Part shown: positions 28,443 through 37,876 of the stretch, piece by piece
Layout of the letters: every line of letters starts with the position of its first letter
How positions within the stretch are numbered: position 1 is the first letter of the stretch
Virus record (IMG/VR): IMGVR_UViG_3300021197_001995
Coordinates: 64,001 to 128,000 of that record
Reading direction: 5' to 3' (one strand)
Source: a virus
DNA length: 64,000 nt
The notes under the pieces: model-generated
Seen by the model: only the letters and a program-made list of their open reading frames with translations
The model's database searches: none
What the model was told of the DNA's origin: nothing
Position numbers and translations under genes: made by a program

Positions 28443-29075
28443 ATGGCATTTTTTGAAGAAATAGCAAGACAATCAAACCAGATAATAACGTTTACCAGTG
28501 TCGCCACGGGCCAACAAGTCAGTTTTCCTGCTTTTGTGACGCAATTTAGCGATAGCTATAACGTGGCCTGGGGAGGTTCAACGCCTTTTGGCAGGGTCGA
28601 CCCGATAAAGAACTATCAGTCAACAAGCCGTCGGATTAACGCAGCCTTCGACATCCTGGCAAAGGACGAAGATTCTGCAAGACAGAACTTTTTCAACTTT
28701 TCCAAGCTCGTGCAGATGTTGTATCCGGTATACAGCGATCCTGTGGGCCCGAACAACAAATCAAGAACGATTAGGGCAGCACCTATGATGAGAATTAAAT
28801 ATGTTAACTACATACGATCAGAGGTGAGTGAACACGGGCTTCTTGGTTGTTGCGGAGGGTTCAATTTTGAACCAAAGTTTGATTCAGGACATATATTAGC
28901 AGAAGATGGGGAACTGATTCCTTTGGTATATAGCATAAGTTTTGTCTTCGAACCTTTGCACGAGACACCCATAGGCTCTACGGAGCAAGGCCAGTTTCTC
29001 AGTGGCAAGTTTCCATACAACCAAGGAGTATCTGCACCAGAAGGGCGCCAGCCAGCCAGCGACCCAACGAACTAA
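28443..29075 (+). CDS. Baseplate/tail-tube initiator-like protein
   Basis: FPAFVTQFSDSY...W...GRVDPIKNYQSTSRRI pattern. Confidence 0.7.
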   Translation: MAFFEEIARQSNQIITFTSVATGQQVSFPAFVTQFSDSYNVAWGGSTPFGRVDPIKNYQSTSRRINAAFDILAKDEDSARQNFFNFSKLVQMLYPVYSDPVGPNNKSRTIRAAPMMRIKYVNYIRSEVSEHGLLGCCGGFNFEPKFDSGHILAEDGELIPLVYSISFVFEPLHETPIGSTEQGQFLSGKFPYNQGVSAPEGRQPASDPTN

Positions 29076-29090
29076 ACAGGAGGATTTACC

Positions 29091-29444
29091 TTGACAGAAT
29101 GGACAAAAAGTGGTAGAGTATTAAGCAACAATGACAAGATATATCAGAGCTTCATGAAGAAGACAGGAACCAGAAACGTCGATCATTACGGACTGGTGAT
29201 CTTTGGGGATCCCATGCAGGAAGATTTTTTGAGTGAGATTTCAACGTCGGAGCACGTCTACTCAGTTGGGGATAGTCTGAGCAAGATCGCGTTTAAAGAA
29301 TACGGTGACCCAAGGCTTTGGTGGATCTTAGCTTGGTTTAACACCAAGCCAACAGACATGCACATCGACATCGGCGAACGAATTTACGCGCCACACCCGG
29401 TCGAAGAAGCGATACATCAAGCTCTGAAAGAGTTAGACTCATGA
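29091..29444 (+). CDS. LysM-like baseplate wedge protein (gp53-like)
   Basis: GDSLSKIAFKEYGDPRLWWILAWFN. Confidence 0.8.
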   Translation: MTEWTKSGRVLSNNDKIYQSFMKKTGTRNVDHYGLVIFGDPMQEDFLSEISTSEHVYSVGDSLSKIAFKEYGDPRLWWILAWFNTKPTDMHIDIGERIYAPHPVEEAIHQALKELDS

Positions 29445-31747
29445 CCGAACAAATTTCATATTTTCCTCAGGGGTTGTTATTACATCATGTCGCCAATGCT
29501 CCGCCTGTCCCGGCCGATAAAATAAGGTCCGCAACTCAACTGGCGCAGTCTAAAATGGGCATGCAGAAGTATATTAATCTAGCGAAGCTAAAGGGGTCAT
29601 ACATCCCAGAAGCTGTTTTATCGAAGGTTTTAGCCAAAAAAACAGCTGCAGACATGGACAAGCTTTTCATGTCTTTACCTAACCATAAGATCTCATCGCT
29701 AACTCCTGAATTGAGACTTTACAAGAGAGACGGAAATAATATAACGCCATTTTATTTTCCCGTTTCTTCTGATTTTGACTTCGACGGATCCACTCGTGTT
29801 GATCTTTCGAAGCCCTTTAGTGCAAACGGCGCCGCTATCGAGAGTTTTTCAGTAACGTATACCGGAAAAAACCCTTACACGGCCTCGCGGAAGTTTATGG
29901 AGGCTTCTTTGAAAATAAAGGTGGATAACATTTCCGGACTATTCCACATCCCCCGCGGAAACTTGAACACTCAGTTTTCTCCGTTAGCTGATCTTTTCAC
30001 TATCCGTTCAGGCGCGCCCCCGAAGAAGCCCACCGGCGCTTCAAAGGTCCGTCCCCCGTCCGCTCTAGAAGCTGGTAAGCAGTGTAACATAGTCGCGACT
30101 TTAGGGTATGCAAATCACCAGACAGACACTCTAGGCGCTACAGAATTGAGGATGATAAACGAAAATAGGATAGTGATAAACATGTACTATAGATCACATG
30201 ACCTGAACATGAACGCTGACGGTAGCGCTACGGTGTCTGTATCTTACACCGGTTATCTCGCGTCAGCTAAGGGAGATGTTATTCTAGATGCGTTGACGCC
30301 TCATGAGTCTAAAGCTAAATTGATTAAAGAAAAAGTAGGAACGAAAAAGAAGAAAGATAAAAAAGACATAAAGAAAGCGACTGGAAAAGCTGCAGAAGAA
30401 GCAAAGAAGGCAGCAGAGGTAAAAGAAGAGCAAGTCCGAAAGATAAAGATAGATCAGATCACTAAAGGGTTCTTTAAGATGTTTGATAGTCTTTTCAACA
30501 ACAACAAGGTACATACTACTGTATTCATGAATGCATATAGTAAAAAGAAAGTGTTCGAAGAGACAGCAAAAACGGAACAAGACGGAAAAGTTACAACATC
30601 ACCAGAAGGTATTAAGACGAAACACTACGACTTTTTCAACCTTGAATCAAAGGACGTTAAAAACCTGTACACACCACTTCGCGAAAACCTGATGCATTAT
30701 GTGACTTTTGGAGATCTATTAGACTCCTACTTTAAAGTGCTAGGGGACAGCATTCGAAGCACGAAAGATTATTTAACGAAACAATCGAAGGCTAAGAGCA
30801 ACAGCCCCGCCGCCGCGGATATAGCCAGCCAACTTCAAGCGCTTGATGAAGAGTTTTTGCACCTGCAGAGAATAAATGTTTTAACTTGCGACTTCATATA
30901 TGCAATCAAGGGAGAGAACAATAGCAAAGAAACAAAGAAAACTATGAACATAGCAGACATTCCAATCTCAGTAGACACTCTTTATAGCCTGATGTATGAA
31001 AAGTTGGTGCAAGCGCGCAAGCCTTTTCTAGATTTCTCAGAATTTTTGGACGACTTTGTTCCTGCACTATTGGTTAGGTCATTTGGTGAGTTCCCCGGGG
31101 CTGACTTCCTTCGCGACATCACTTTCGTGGTAACTAATTTCACGGCGCCTCCATGTAAGAGAAAGGTAAAAGAAGGCATCCTGCGGCTGGCTAGCTTGCC
31201 AAAGCCAACAGGCGCGGTAACCAAGGGCAACTTAAAGGACGCTTCAGAATACTTTATAATCCATCAAAAAGCGCCCGCTTGGACCAGAGCCCCTGGCTCG
31301 GGAGACAAAGACAAAGACTTAAAGAACGGAATTTTCCACATCAGAGCGTCACAAGACAGAGGGTTTGTAAAATCAATTAATTTTTCAAAAATTTCACAAC
31401 CAGCGAGAGAAACATACATGATGTTTAGAAATGGTCACATGTATGATGAGCTGCGATTTCCTCACAACGCCACAGTAGAAATGTATGGGAACAACATCTT
31501 CATGCCAAACATGCAAGTGTACATAAACCCCGATACGCTAGGTTTCGGCGACCCCCGCGGTATAAATTCTTCCGCGCGCCGCCTAGGATTTGGGGGATAT
31601 TACACTTCCGAATCCGTGACTACAACTTTTTCACAAGGAGAGCTTACCACGACAATGCAGTTGTTCTTCAATTCTTTTCCAGACACAAAGAGTCAACCAA
31701 ACCTTCCAGGCGCAGTTAAGAACTCAATAAAGGATCTGAAGCAATGA
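29441..31747 (+). CDS. Putative baseplate hub-like protein
   Basis: Position; C-terminal ATVEMYGNNIFMP...GGYY beta-rich segment. Confidence 0.55.
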   Translation: MTEQISYFPQGLLLHHVANAPPVPADKIRSATQLAQSKMGMQKYINLAKLKGSYIPEAVLSKVLAKKTAADMDKLFMSLPNHKISSLTPELRLYKRDGNNITPFYFPVSSDFDFDGSTRVDLSKPFSANGAAIESFSVTYTGKNPYTASRKFMEASLKIKVDNISGLFHIPRGNLNTQFSPLADLFTIRSGAPPKKPTGASKVRPPSALEAGKQCNIVATLGYANHQTDTLGATELRMINENRIVINMYYRSHDLNMNADGSATVSVSYTGYLASAKGDVILDALTPHESKAKLIKEKVGTKKKKDKKDIKKATGKAAEEAKKAAEVKEEQVRKIKIDQITKGFFKMFDSLFNNNKVHTTVFMNAYSKKKVFEETAKTEQDGKVTTSPEGIKTKHYDFFNLESKDVKNLYTPLRENLMHYVTFGDLLDSYFKVLGDSIRSTKDYLTKQSKAKSNSPAAADIASQLQALDEEFLHLQRINVLTCDFIYAIKGENNSKETKKTMNIADIPISVDTLYSLMYEKLVQARKPFLDFSEFLDDFVPALLVRSFGEFPGADFLRDITFVVTNFTAPPCKRKVKEGILRLASLPKPTGAVTKGNLKDASEYFIIHQKAPAWTRAPGSGDKDKDLKNGIFHIRASQDRGFVKSINFSKISQPARETYMMFRNGHMYDELRFPHNATVEMYGNNIFMPNMQVYINPDTLGFGDPRGINSSARRLGFGGYYTSESVTTTFSQGELTTTMQLFFNSFPDTKSQPNLPGAVKNSIKDLKQ

Positions 31748-32913
31748 CTGAAGAAAAGTTTTTAGGGGGGTCGACCGTGGATCTCCAACTAGAGTTTTCG
31801 GAAAGAAGAAAATTTCTTGACTTTTTTAGGTCGAAAGGGTATCCTTTGCTTGATACCTTGTACGACAAAAGGTTGTACGGATTTGTGAACCACTTGGGCG
31901 AAGTTGTAATGCCTACTCCGACCCCCAAAAGGTTTGGAACAGACTCTGGATCCGTAACGGGGATTAATTATGTGGTGGATTTGTTTAATAAATTTCGAAA
32001 GATGTATGTCAACACTCCAGCACTAAAATTTCCGACCGCGGTTGCACAGCTCAAGCCGCGCAAAAGTTTTCAGAAGTTTGAGACAAGCTATAATGAGTAT
32101 GAAATACTTTTAGTCAACAAGCTCCTTCCAATCTTGATTGAAAGGATCCCAGACCCTAGTCCCTCCTTGGCAAGGTTCCTCGATGTTCTTGAGGCCTCAA
32201 TTTTCGACCCGGAGATGCAAGGCTACCCGATCACCCGATCAGGTTTTGCGTTGTCTAACCGGTCCACGGCTTATCACACTGGTTTATATGTCGATGTACT
32301 GTCGGGACAAGATACAAACCTAGACCAGCAAAAAGCTAATATTCTGGCCGATCCGGATTTTGAATGTTATGTTAGTATGGCACACGAACACGGATTTCTC
32401 GTCGACGCCAACGCTCCATGGCGACTAGTGGCTGATCTTGACTCGCCGATTGTAAAACGGAACATTATGAATGGAAGAGCCATCTCAGAGTTCAACGCGT
32501 TTTATCGTGATGTGTATACTATAAAGGTGGCGCATGACGATTATTGGTCGCTTAAATCTTTCTGCGCAAAATTTTATGTAGAATTTTACAACCAGAACAA
32601 CCAACCGTTATCATCTATGAGAAAGGATGTTACTACCGATCGTTACCTGGAATTCTTGATGACGTGTCACTTCAAAAACTTGTCGCTAATGTTTAATCTA
32701 GAGGGGAAAGAATCAGTTCTTTTTTCAAAAACTCTGAAAAAAGCACTTGACACAAACAGAATTTATGGGTTAACATCTAATGCTGGCGCCATCGGATTTA
32801 TTGAATCCTTTGTCTCCTCACAAATACTAAAAAAATTGGAAAAAAATGAAAATACTTCAAACGCTGGACATCAACAACAAGTGCCAGGGGATTTACCACT
32901 CTTGCGAATTTAA
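31744..32913 (+). CDS. Hypothetical protein
   Basis: 389 aa ORF with ATGA coupling. Confidence 0.75.
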   Translation: MTEEKFLGGSTVDLQLEFSERRKFLDFFRSKGYPLLDTLYDKRLYGFVNHLGEVVMPTPTPKRFGTDSGSVTGINYVVDLFNKFRKMYVNTPALKFPTAVAQLKPRKSFQKFETSYNEYEILLVNKLLPILIERIPDPSPSLARFLDVLEASIFDPEMQGYPITRSGFALSNRSTAYHTGLYVDVLSGQDTNLDQQKANILADPDFECYVSMAHEHGFLVDANAPWRLVADLDSPIVKRNIMNGRAISEFNAFYRDVYTIKVAHDDYWSLKSFCAKFYVEFYNQNNQPLSSMRKDVTTDRYLEFLMTCHFKNLSLMFNLEGKESVLFSKTLKKALDTNRIYGLTSNAGAIGFIESFVSSQILKKLEKNENTSNAGHQQQVPGDLPLLRI

Positions 32914-33979
32914 ATTCAAAGATTATGAAAATCTACTTTCGCAATACTCCTTGGCGTGGAAACACTCCCCAATTTTAAATGATGAAAACTACAGATACCT
33001 ATTCTTATCATCGAAGAACGAGGATTTGTCTCTGTTTTCACGAACTCAAGATAGTTATGGAGAACTTAAACAGGTACTCGAAGCTCAAAGAAGAGCATCG
33101 CTTACGGCGAAGATAGATCTAGAAGAGAAATGTTTCCTTGACGTATTGCCGACCCATCAACTCTCCAAGTGGTTCGAGTTGCGAGAGGACGCCTTGCAGA
33201 ATCTTTACAACGAGAAGCAACAAGAAGACGACTATGACATTCTACACAAGGCCCACGTCCTAACTTCGGAGATCGCTCATCAGGATTTAATGTTCGAGGG
33301 CAAGAAAGGCAGAGTTCAATACAACATCTTCGGCTCGGCAACAGGAAGACTAACCACCAAGAAAGGTTCAGTACCCATCATGACTCTAAAGAAGGAAGAT
33401 AGGCATAAAATTACCCCTCAGAACGATGCTTTCGTGGAACTAGACTTAAACGCTGCAGAGATACGTACGTTAATGGCTCTATCAGGCCGAGAACAGCCGC
33501 AGGAGGACATTCACGAGTGGGTCGTGGAGAATGTGTTCAATGGAGAGATAGAACGCTCTAAAGCGAAGGTAGAGTTATTTGCATGGCTGTATAACCCTTC
33601 AAGTTCAAAATCCCAATTCGACAAATTTTTTTCTCGGCAAATTTTTCGAGATTTTTTTGCCCCTGGAAACCAGACGCTGAAAACCCCATTTGGTAGAGTC
33701 TTGGCGGTAGACGAAAGAAAAGCGCAAAATTACTTGCTTCAATCGACGACTTCTGATATAGTTATACAAAACGCATACAAGATTATGAAGATGCTAAAGG
33801 GCAAAAGGTCCAAAATAGCGTTTACACTGCACGATTCGATTATTATTGACATGTGCAAAAAAGATGCTATAATGTTAAAAGAAATAAAAAAACAATTCGA
33901 AGAAACGCCATGGGGCCCTTTCCTGAGTACGTGCAATGTAGGGAAAAACTTTGGAAACTTAAAGGAGCTAAAGATTTGA
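32846..33979 (+). CDS. Truncated family A DNA polymerase-like protein
   Basis: ATGRLT, motif A ELDLNAAEIR, motif B KVELFAWLYN, NYLLQST, motif C LHDS. Confidence 0.85.
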   Translation: MKILQTLDINNKCQGIYHSCEFKFKDYENLLSQYSLAWKHSPILNDENYRYLFLSSKNEDLSLFSRTQDSYGELKQVLEAQRRASLTAKIDLEEKCFLDVLPTHQLSKWFELREDALQNLYNEKQQEDDYDILHKAHVLTSEIAHQDLMFEGKKGRVQYNIFGSATGRLTTKKGSVPIMTLKKEDRHKITPQNDAFVELDLNAAEIRTLMALSGREQPQEDIHEWVVENVFNGEIERSKAKVELFAWLYNPSSSKSQFDKFFSRQIFRDFFAPGNQTLKTPFGRVLAVDERKAQNYLLQSTTSDIVIQNAYKIMKMLKGKRSKIAFTLHDSIIIDMCKKDAIMLKEIKKQFEETPWGPFLSTCNVGKNFGNLKELKI

Positions 33980-34833
33980 AAACAATTTTGGGCATAGGTA
34001 CAGCAGGAAGTAATGTTGTGCGCCAACTCGGAGAATATAAAACATACAAGCCGTATACGATTTGCACAGAAAATCAAAAAACTACGAAATACCATTTCAA
34101 TTTACCATCACTCGACGGACCAGAAGAGTATGAAGAAATGAACATGTCAAAGCTAACCAAATGGTTGGGTACAATCGAAAAAAGCTGCACAGTTTTTATC
34201 TGTGGAGCATCTAATTCATCGGGTATTACGTTACGAGCGCTCCACTCTCTGCACCAAAGAGGTGTAAAAATGGAAGTTGTGTATTTTATGCCTGAAACCG
34301 AGGTGTTATCTGAAGAGAAGACCCTGCAAGAACGCGCTTGTCGTGGTATTCTGCAAAATTATGCGCGCAGCGGCTTATTTGAAAAAATCTGTCTCGTATC
34401 CAACCTTCGGTTGGAGGAGATAGCGGGATCAACGAACGTATTTGACTACTATAGCCAAATAAACCATGTGTTTACAAGCACTTACTACATGATGGATGTC
34501 TTTAGGAACACAAAGCCGATTACATCCACATTTAAGCGACCAAAGGAATCTTGCCGGATTACCACTATCGGACTGGGATCATTAGAGAAAGACGATTTAA
34601 TGTTTTTTCCTTGCAATCGAGAGGTAGAAGTGGTATACTATTATGGTATCAACGAAGAAAAGTTAAAGACGGAAGAAAACTTATTCAGAACAATAACCAA
34701 CAAGGTAAAATCAAGAATCACCGATGAAACAAAGGTTTCGTTTGGGATTTATCCAACACAATACGAAGATGACTACATTTACGTGGAATACTTCTCACCA
34801 AAAATTCAACAAATAGTTGTTGACACAGAATAG
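33976..34833 (+). CDS. Divergent tubulin/FtsZ-fold protein
   Basis: TTG start after AAGGAG; ILGIGTAGSNVV T1 loop, degenerate T4 loop CGASNSSG, LVSN, INHVF. Confidence 0.65.
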   Translation: MKTILGIGTAGSNVVRQLGEYKTYKPYTICTENQKTTKYHFNLPSLDGPEEYEEMNMSKLTKWLGTIEKSCTVFICGASNSSGITLRALHSLHQRGVKMEVVYFMPETEVLSEEKTLQERACRGILQNYARSGLFEKICLVSNLRLEEIAGSTNVFDYYSQINHVFTSTYYMMDVFRNTKPITSTFKRPKESCRITTIGLGSLEKDDLMFFPCNREVEVVYYYGINEEKLKTEENLFRTITNKVKSRITDETKVSFGIYPTQYEDDYIYVEYFSPKIQQIVVDTE

Positions 34834-34848
34834 AAAATATAGTATTAT
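34820..34848 (+). promoter_or_regulatory. Sigma70 promoter
   Basis: TTGACA-17-TATTAT. Confidence 0.8.
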
Positions 34849-34928
34849 ATAAACAGTTGGTCAGGATATTTGCTGACCTGCTATAGCCAAACGTGCAAAA
34901 AAGCAACATACCATAGGAGGTAATAACA

Positions 34929-35687
34929 ATGGCAATTAATTTAGACGCTATGAAAGCGAAACTCGATAAACTTAACGGAAAGGGAGACGGAAAGAAGAAT
35001 TTCTGGCGCCCAGAGGACGGAGAAAGCAACATCCGTATCGTTTCCACGAAGGACGGCGACCCGTTCAAGGAAAAGTATTTCCACTATGGCGTGGGAGGTC
35101 AATCCTTCCTTTGTCCGAAGAGAAACTTTGGAGATGACTGTCCAACCTGCAACTTTGCGAACAAGTTGTGGAACGAAGGGACAGAGGATAGCAAGAGACA
35201 AGCAAAGGAGATGTTCGCAAAGCAACGCTTCTTTTCACCGGTTCTTGTCCGGGGGGAAGAGGATCAAGGAATCCGAGTCTGGGGATACGGCAAGATGGCT
35301 TATGAAAAGCTGCTAACGATCGTACTGGATCCGGATTATGGAGATATCACAGACCCAGAAACCGGCAACGACCTCAAGTTGATGTACGGAAAGCTTCCTG
35401 GTGCAAGTTTCCCTCGTACCGATATCCGACCTCGTCCTCGAAAGACTGCACTTTGTGACGATGCCGTCGGTGGAGACGAAAGATGCGCAGAGCTTTTGGA
35501 GACTATTCCAAACTTTGATGAAATCTTTGAACGTAAGACAACCGAAGAGGTTCAATCTATTATGGACCAGTTCCTCTCAGGAGAGTCAGGAAACGCCGAG
35601 GTTCAGAAGTTTGGAACTAACACCTCAACGCCAACTGGACCTACAGATACAGTGGAAGCAGCGTTTAACGACCTGTTGAACGCGTAG
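34929..35687 (+). CDS. Single-stranded DNA-binding protein (gp32-like)
   Basis: FWRP, Zn ligands H/CP/CPTC, GDITDPETGND, acidic tail AFNDLL. Confidence 0.9.
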   Translation: MAINLDAMKAKLDKLNGKGDGKKNFWRPEDGESNIRIVSTKDGDPFKEKYFHYGVGGQSFLCPKRNFGDDCPTCNFANKLWNEGTEDSKRQAKEMFAKQRFFSPVLVRGEEDQGIRVWGYGKMAYEKLLTIVLDPDYGDITDPETGNDLKLMYGKLPGASFPRTDIRPRPRKTALCDDAVGGDERCAELLETIPNFDEIFERKTTEEVQSIMDQFLSGESGNAEVQKFGTNTSTPTGPTDTVEAAFNDLLNA

Positions 35688-35694
35688 GTGAAGA

Positions 35695-36828
35695 ATGGCA
35701 AAAGCTAAAGTTACCAAACTTAAAAAGGGCGCTTTAGATATTGCTTCTATTCGAGGCATTATCAACAAGAAAGCCGGTAGAGAAGTTGCTCACTCACTTC
35801 AGGATAATAATCCAACAGAGGTGAATGAGTGGATTCCTACTGGCTCACGATGGCTTGACGCCATCATTTGCAAGGGCAGACACGCTGGCATCCCTGTGGG
35901 TAAAATCTCAGAGATAGCCGGCCTTCCCGGTACTGGTAAGTCATTCTTGGCTGCCCAGATTGCTGGGAACGCTCAAAAGATGGGTATTGATGTAGTGTAC
36001 TTTGATTCAGAGTCCGCTATTGACCCTTCTTTTATGGAGCGCGCCGGTTGCGACTTAGACAGGCTTATGTATGTCCAAGCAGCATCTGTTGAGTTTGTCT
36101 TGGAAACCATCGAAGAACTACTAGCTACTGGTAACAAGTGGCTTTTCATTTGGGACTCTTTGGCTCTTACGCCCTCGATTTCTGATGTTGAAGGCGACTT
36201 CAATCCGCAGTCTTCTATGGCGGTAAAGCCTAGAATCTTGGCTAAGGGAATGTCTAAGTTGACTATCCCCATCGCTGATGCAAACGCTACTTTTCTAGTC
36301 CTCAATCAGTTGAAGACTAACCTAGGAGCGAGAACGCCAGCCCAAGCCATGACTGAACCATACACGACCCCAGGTGGAAAGGCTATGATTTATGCTTATT
36401 CACTTCGTGTTTGGCTCACCGCAAGAAAAGCCAAAGCTAGTTTCATCGTTGATGACAATGGTTTCCGCATTGGATCTGAAGTAAAGGTAAAGTTAGAGAA
36501 GTCTCGTTTCGGGACTCACGGCCGAACCTGCAACTTCAAGATCCTGTGGGGAGATGATGCTGTTGGTGTCCAAGATGAAGAAAGTTGGTTCGATGCAATC
36601 CAAATCTCTGAAAGACTTGAACAGTCTGGTGCATGGTTTACGCTAATCCACAATGATGGGTCTAAGGAAAAGTTCCAGCGCAAACAATGGGTCACTAAAC
36701 TTGAGAGTGAAAAATTCAGAGAAAGTGTCTTGACTATTATTGAAGAAGATGTTATTATGAAGTTCAAGAATAGAGAAGGCAACGCAGGCGACTTCTACGA
36801 GCCGGATGAAATTCCGACCGAAGAGTAG
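35695..36828 (+). CDS. recA: RecA/UvsX recombinase
   Basis: IPTGS, GLPGTGKS, YFDSE, NQL, TPGGKA. Confidence 0.95.
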   Translation: MAKAKVTKLKKGALDIASIRGIINKKAGREVAHSLQDNNPTEVNEWIPTGSRWLDAIICKGRHAGIPVGKISEIAGLPGTGKSFLAAQIAGNAQKMGIDVVYFDSESAIDPSFMERAGCDLDRLMYVQAASVEFVLETIEELLATGNKWLFIWDSLALTPSISDVEGDFNPQSSMAVKPRILAKGMSKLTIPIADANATFLVLNQLKTNLGARTPAQAMTEPYTTPGGKAMIYAYSLRVWLTARKAKASFIVDDNGFRIGSEVKVKLEKSRFGTHGRTCNFKILWGDDAVGVQDEESWFDAIQISERLEQSGAWFTLIHNDGSKEKFQRKQWVTKLESEKFRESVLTIIEEDVIMKFKNREGNAGDFYEPDEIPTEE

Positions 36829-36837
36829 CCATCACAC

Positions 36838-36865
36838 AGCCCGCCTCTTCTGGCGGGCTTTTTTT
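36838..36865 (+). terminator. Rho-independent terminator
   Basis: AGCCCGCC-TCTTCT-GGCGGGCT-TTTTTT. Confidence 0.85.
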
Positions 36866-36877
36866 ATGGAGAATAGT

Positions 36878-37840
36878 ATGAAGAGAGTAATGATAGTAGA
36901 CGCGTACAACCAGTTCATCCGCGGATACATAGTAGACCCCAGCAAGAACCCAAACGGCTCCCCAATCGGCGGAATCAGGACTTTTATTAACATTTTTAAT
37001 AAGTTGACGAGAGAGATTAAACCGGATCTGTTGGTGTTGGTTTGGGACGGCAAAGGCGGCTCTAAAAAACGGCGCTCAATGAACAAGAACTACAAGGGTG
37101 GGCGCAAACCACCCCGCACTAACTGGACCCAAGTTGGCATGGGTGAAGAGGAGATTCTAGACAATAAGGTATGGCAACAGATGAGAGTGATTGAATACCT
37201 CAATCAGACGCCAGTAATTCAATTTATGGAACCTTTAGTTGAGGCTGATGACGTAATTTCTTACGTCAAGAACACACCAATGTTCGACGAGTGGCAAAAG
37301 GTCATCGTTTCGGCTGATAAAGACTTTATTCAACTTTTGGACGACAAGACGATTTTGCATCGCCCTATCCAGAAAGAGTATCTAAATAAGAATAGTGTGG
37401 TGGATAAATTCGACATTCACCCTACTAATTTCGCACTGGCTCGAGCCATAGTGGGTGACTCCTCGGATAACCTACCAGGAGTACCTAGAGTGGGCCTTCC
37501 GACAGTAGCAAAGAAATTTCCTTTCTTAAAAGAAGAGAAGACACACTACTTAGATAGTATTCTAGAGGAATGCAACAAGCCGGAAAATAAACAAAAAGTG
37601 TATACAAACATTTTAGAATCAAAGGAGTTAATAGAAAACAATTATGATATTATGCAGCTATCTTCGCCAATGCTATCTATACAAGCCAAACAAGGGATCG
37701 ACGATACGTTTGAGCAGTATAAGCCACAGTACAATCAAACGGAAATGAGAAAAAGAATGCTCCAAGATGGAGTACTGACAGTTTCCACCACAGATCTCGA
37801 ACAAAGATTTAATCACATTATCACTTCCTTTTCAGAGTGA
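36878..37840 (+). CDS. 5'-3' exonuclease/flap endonuclease (PolI N-terminal / T4 RNase H-like)
   Basis: IVDAYN, WDG, YKGGR, EADDVI, SADKDFIQL, GDSSDNLPGV. Confidence 0.93.
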   Translation: MKRVMIVDAYNQFIRGYIVDPSKNPNGSPIGGIRTFINIFNKLTREIKPDLLVLVWDGKGGSKKRRSMNKNYKGGRKPPRTNWTQVGMGEEEILDNKVWQQMRVIEYLNQTPVIQFMEPLVEADDVISYVKNTPMFDEWQKVIVSADKDFIQLLDDKTILHRPIQKEYLNKNSVVDKFDIHPTNFALARAIVGDSSDNLPGVPRVGLPTVAKKFPFLKEEKTHYLDSILEECNKPENKQKVYTNILESKELIENNYDIMQLSSPMLSIQAKQGIDDTFEQYKPQYNQTEMRKRMLQDGVLTVSTTDLEQRFNHIITSFSE

Positions 37841-37876
37841 AATCTGTTATTATATACTAGAAGAAAAGGAATAGAG

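Noticed and set aside
33853-33975. Longer start for the tubulin-like ORF
   Set aside because: It overlaps the PolA-like gene; TTG 33976 has an AAGGAG SD and begins at the fold's first strand
36806-36877. Longer start for the 5'-3' exonuclease
   Set aside because: It runs through a terminator; the GGAG-led ATG at 36878 matches the family N-terminus
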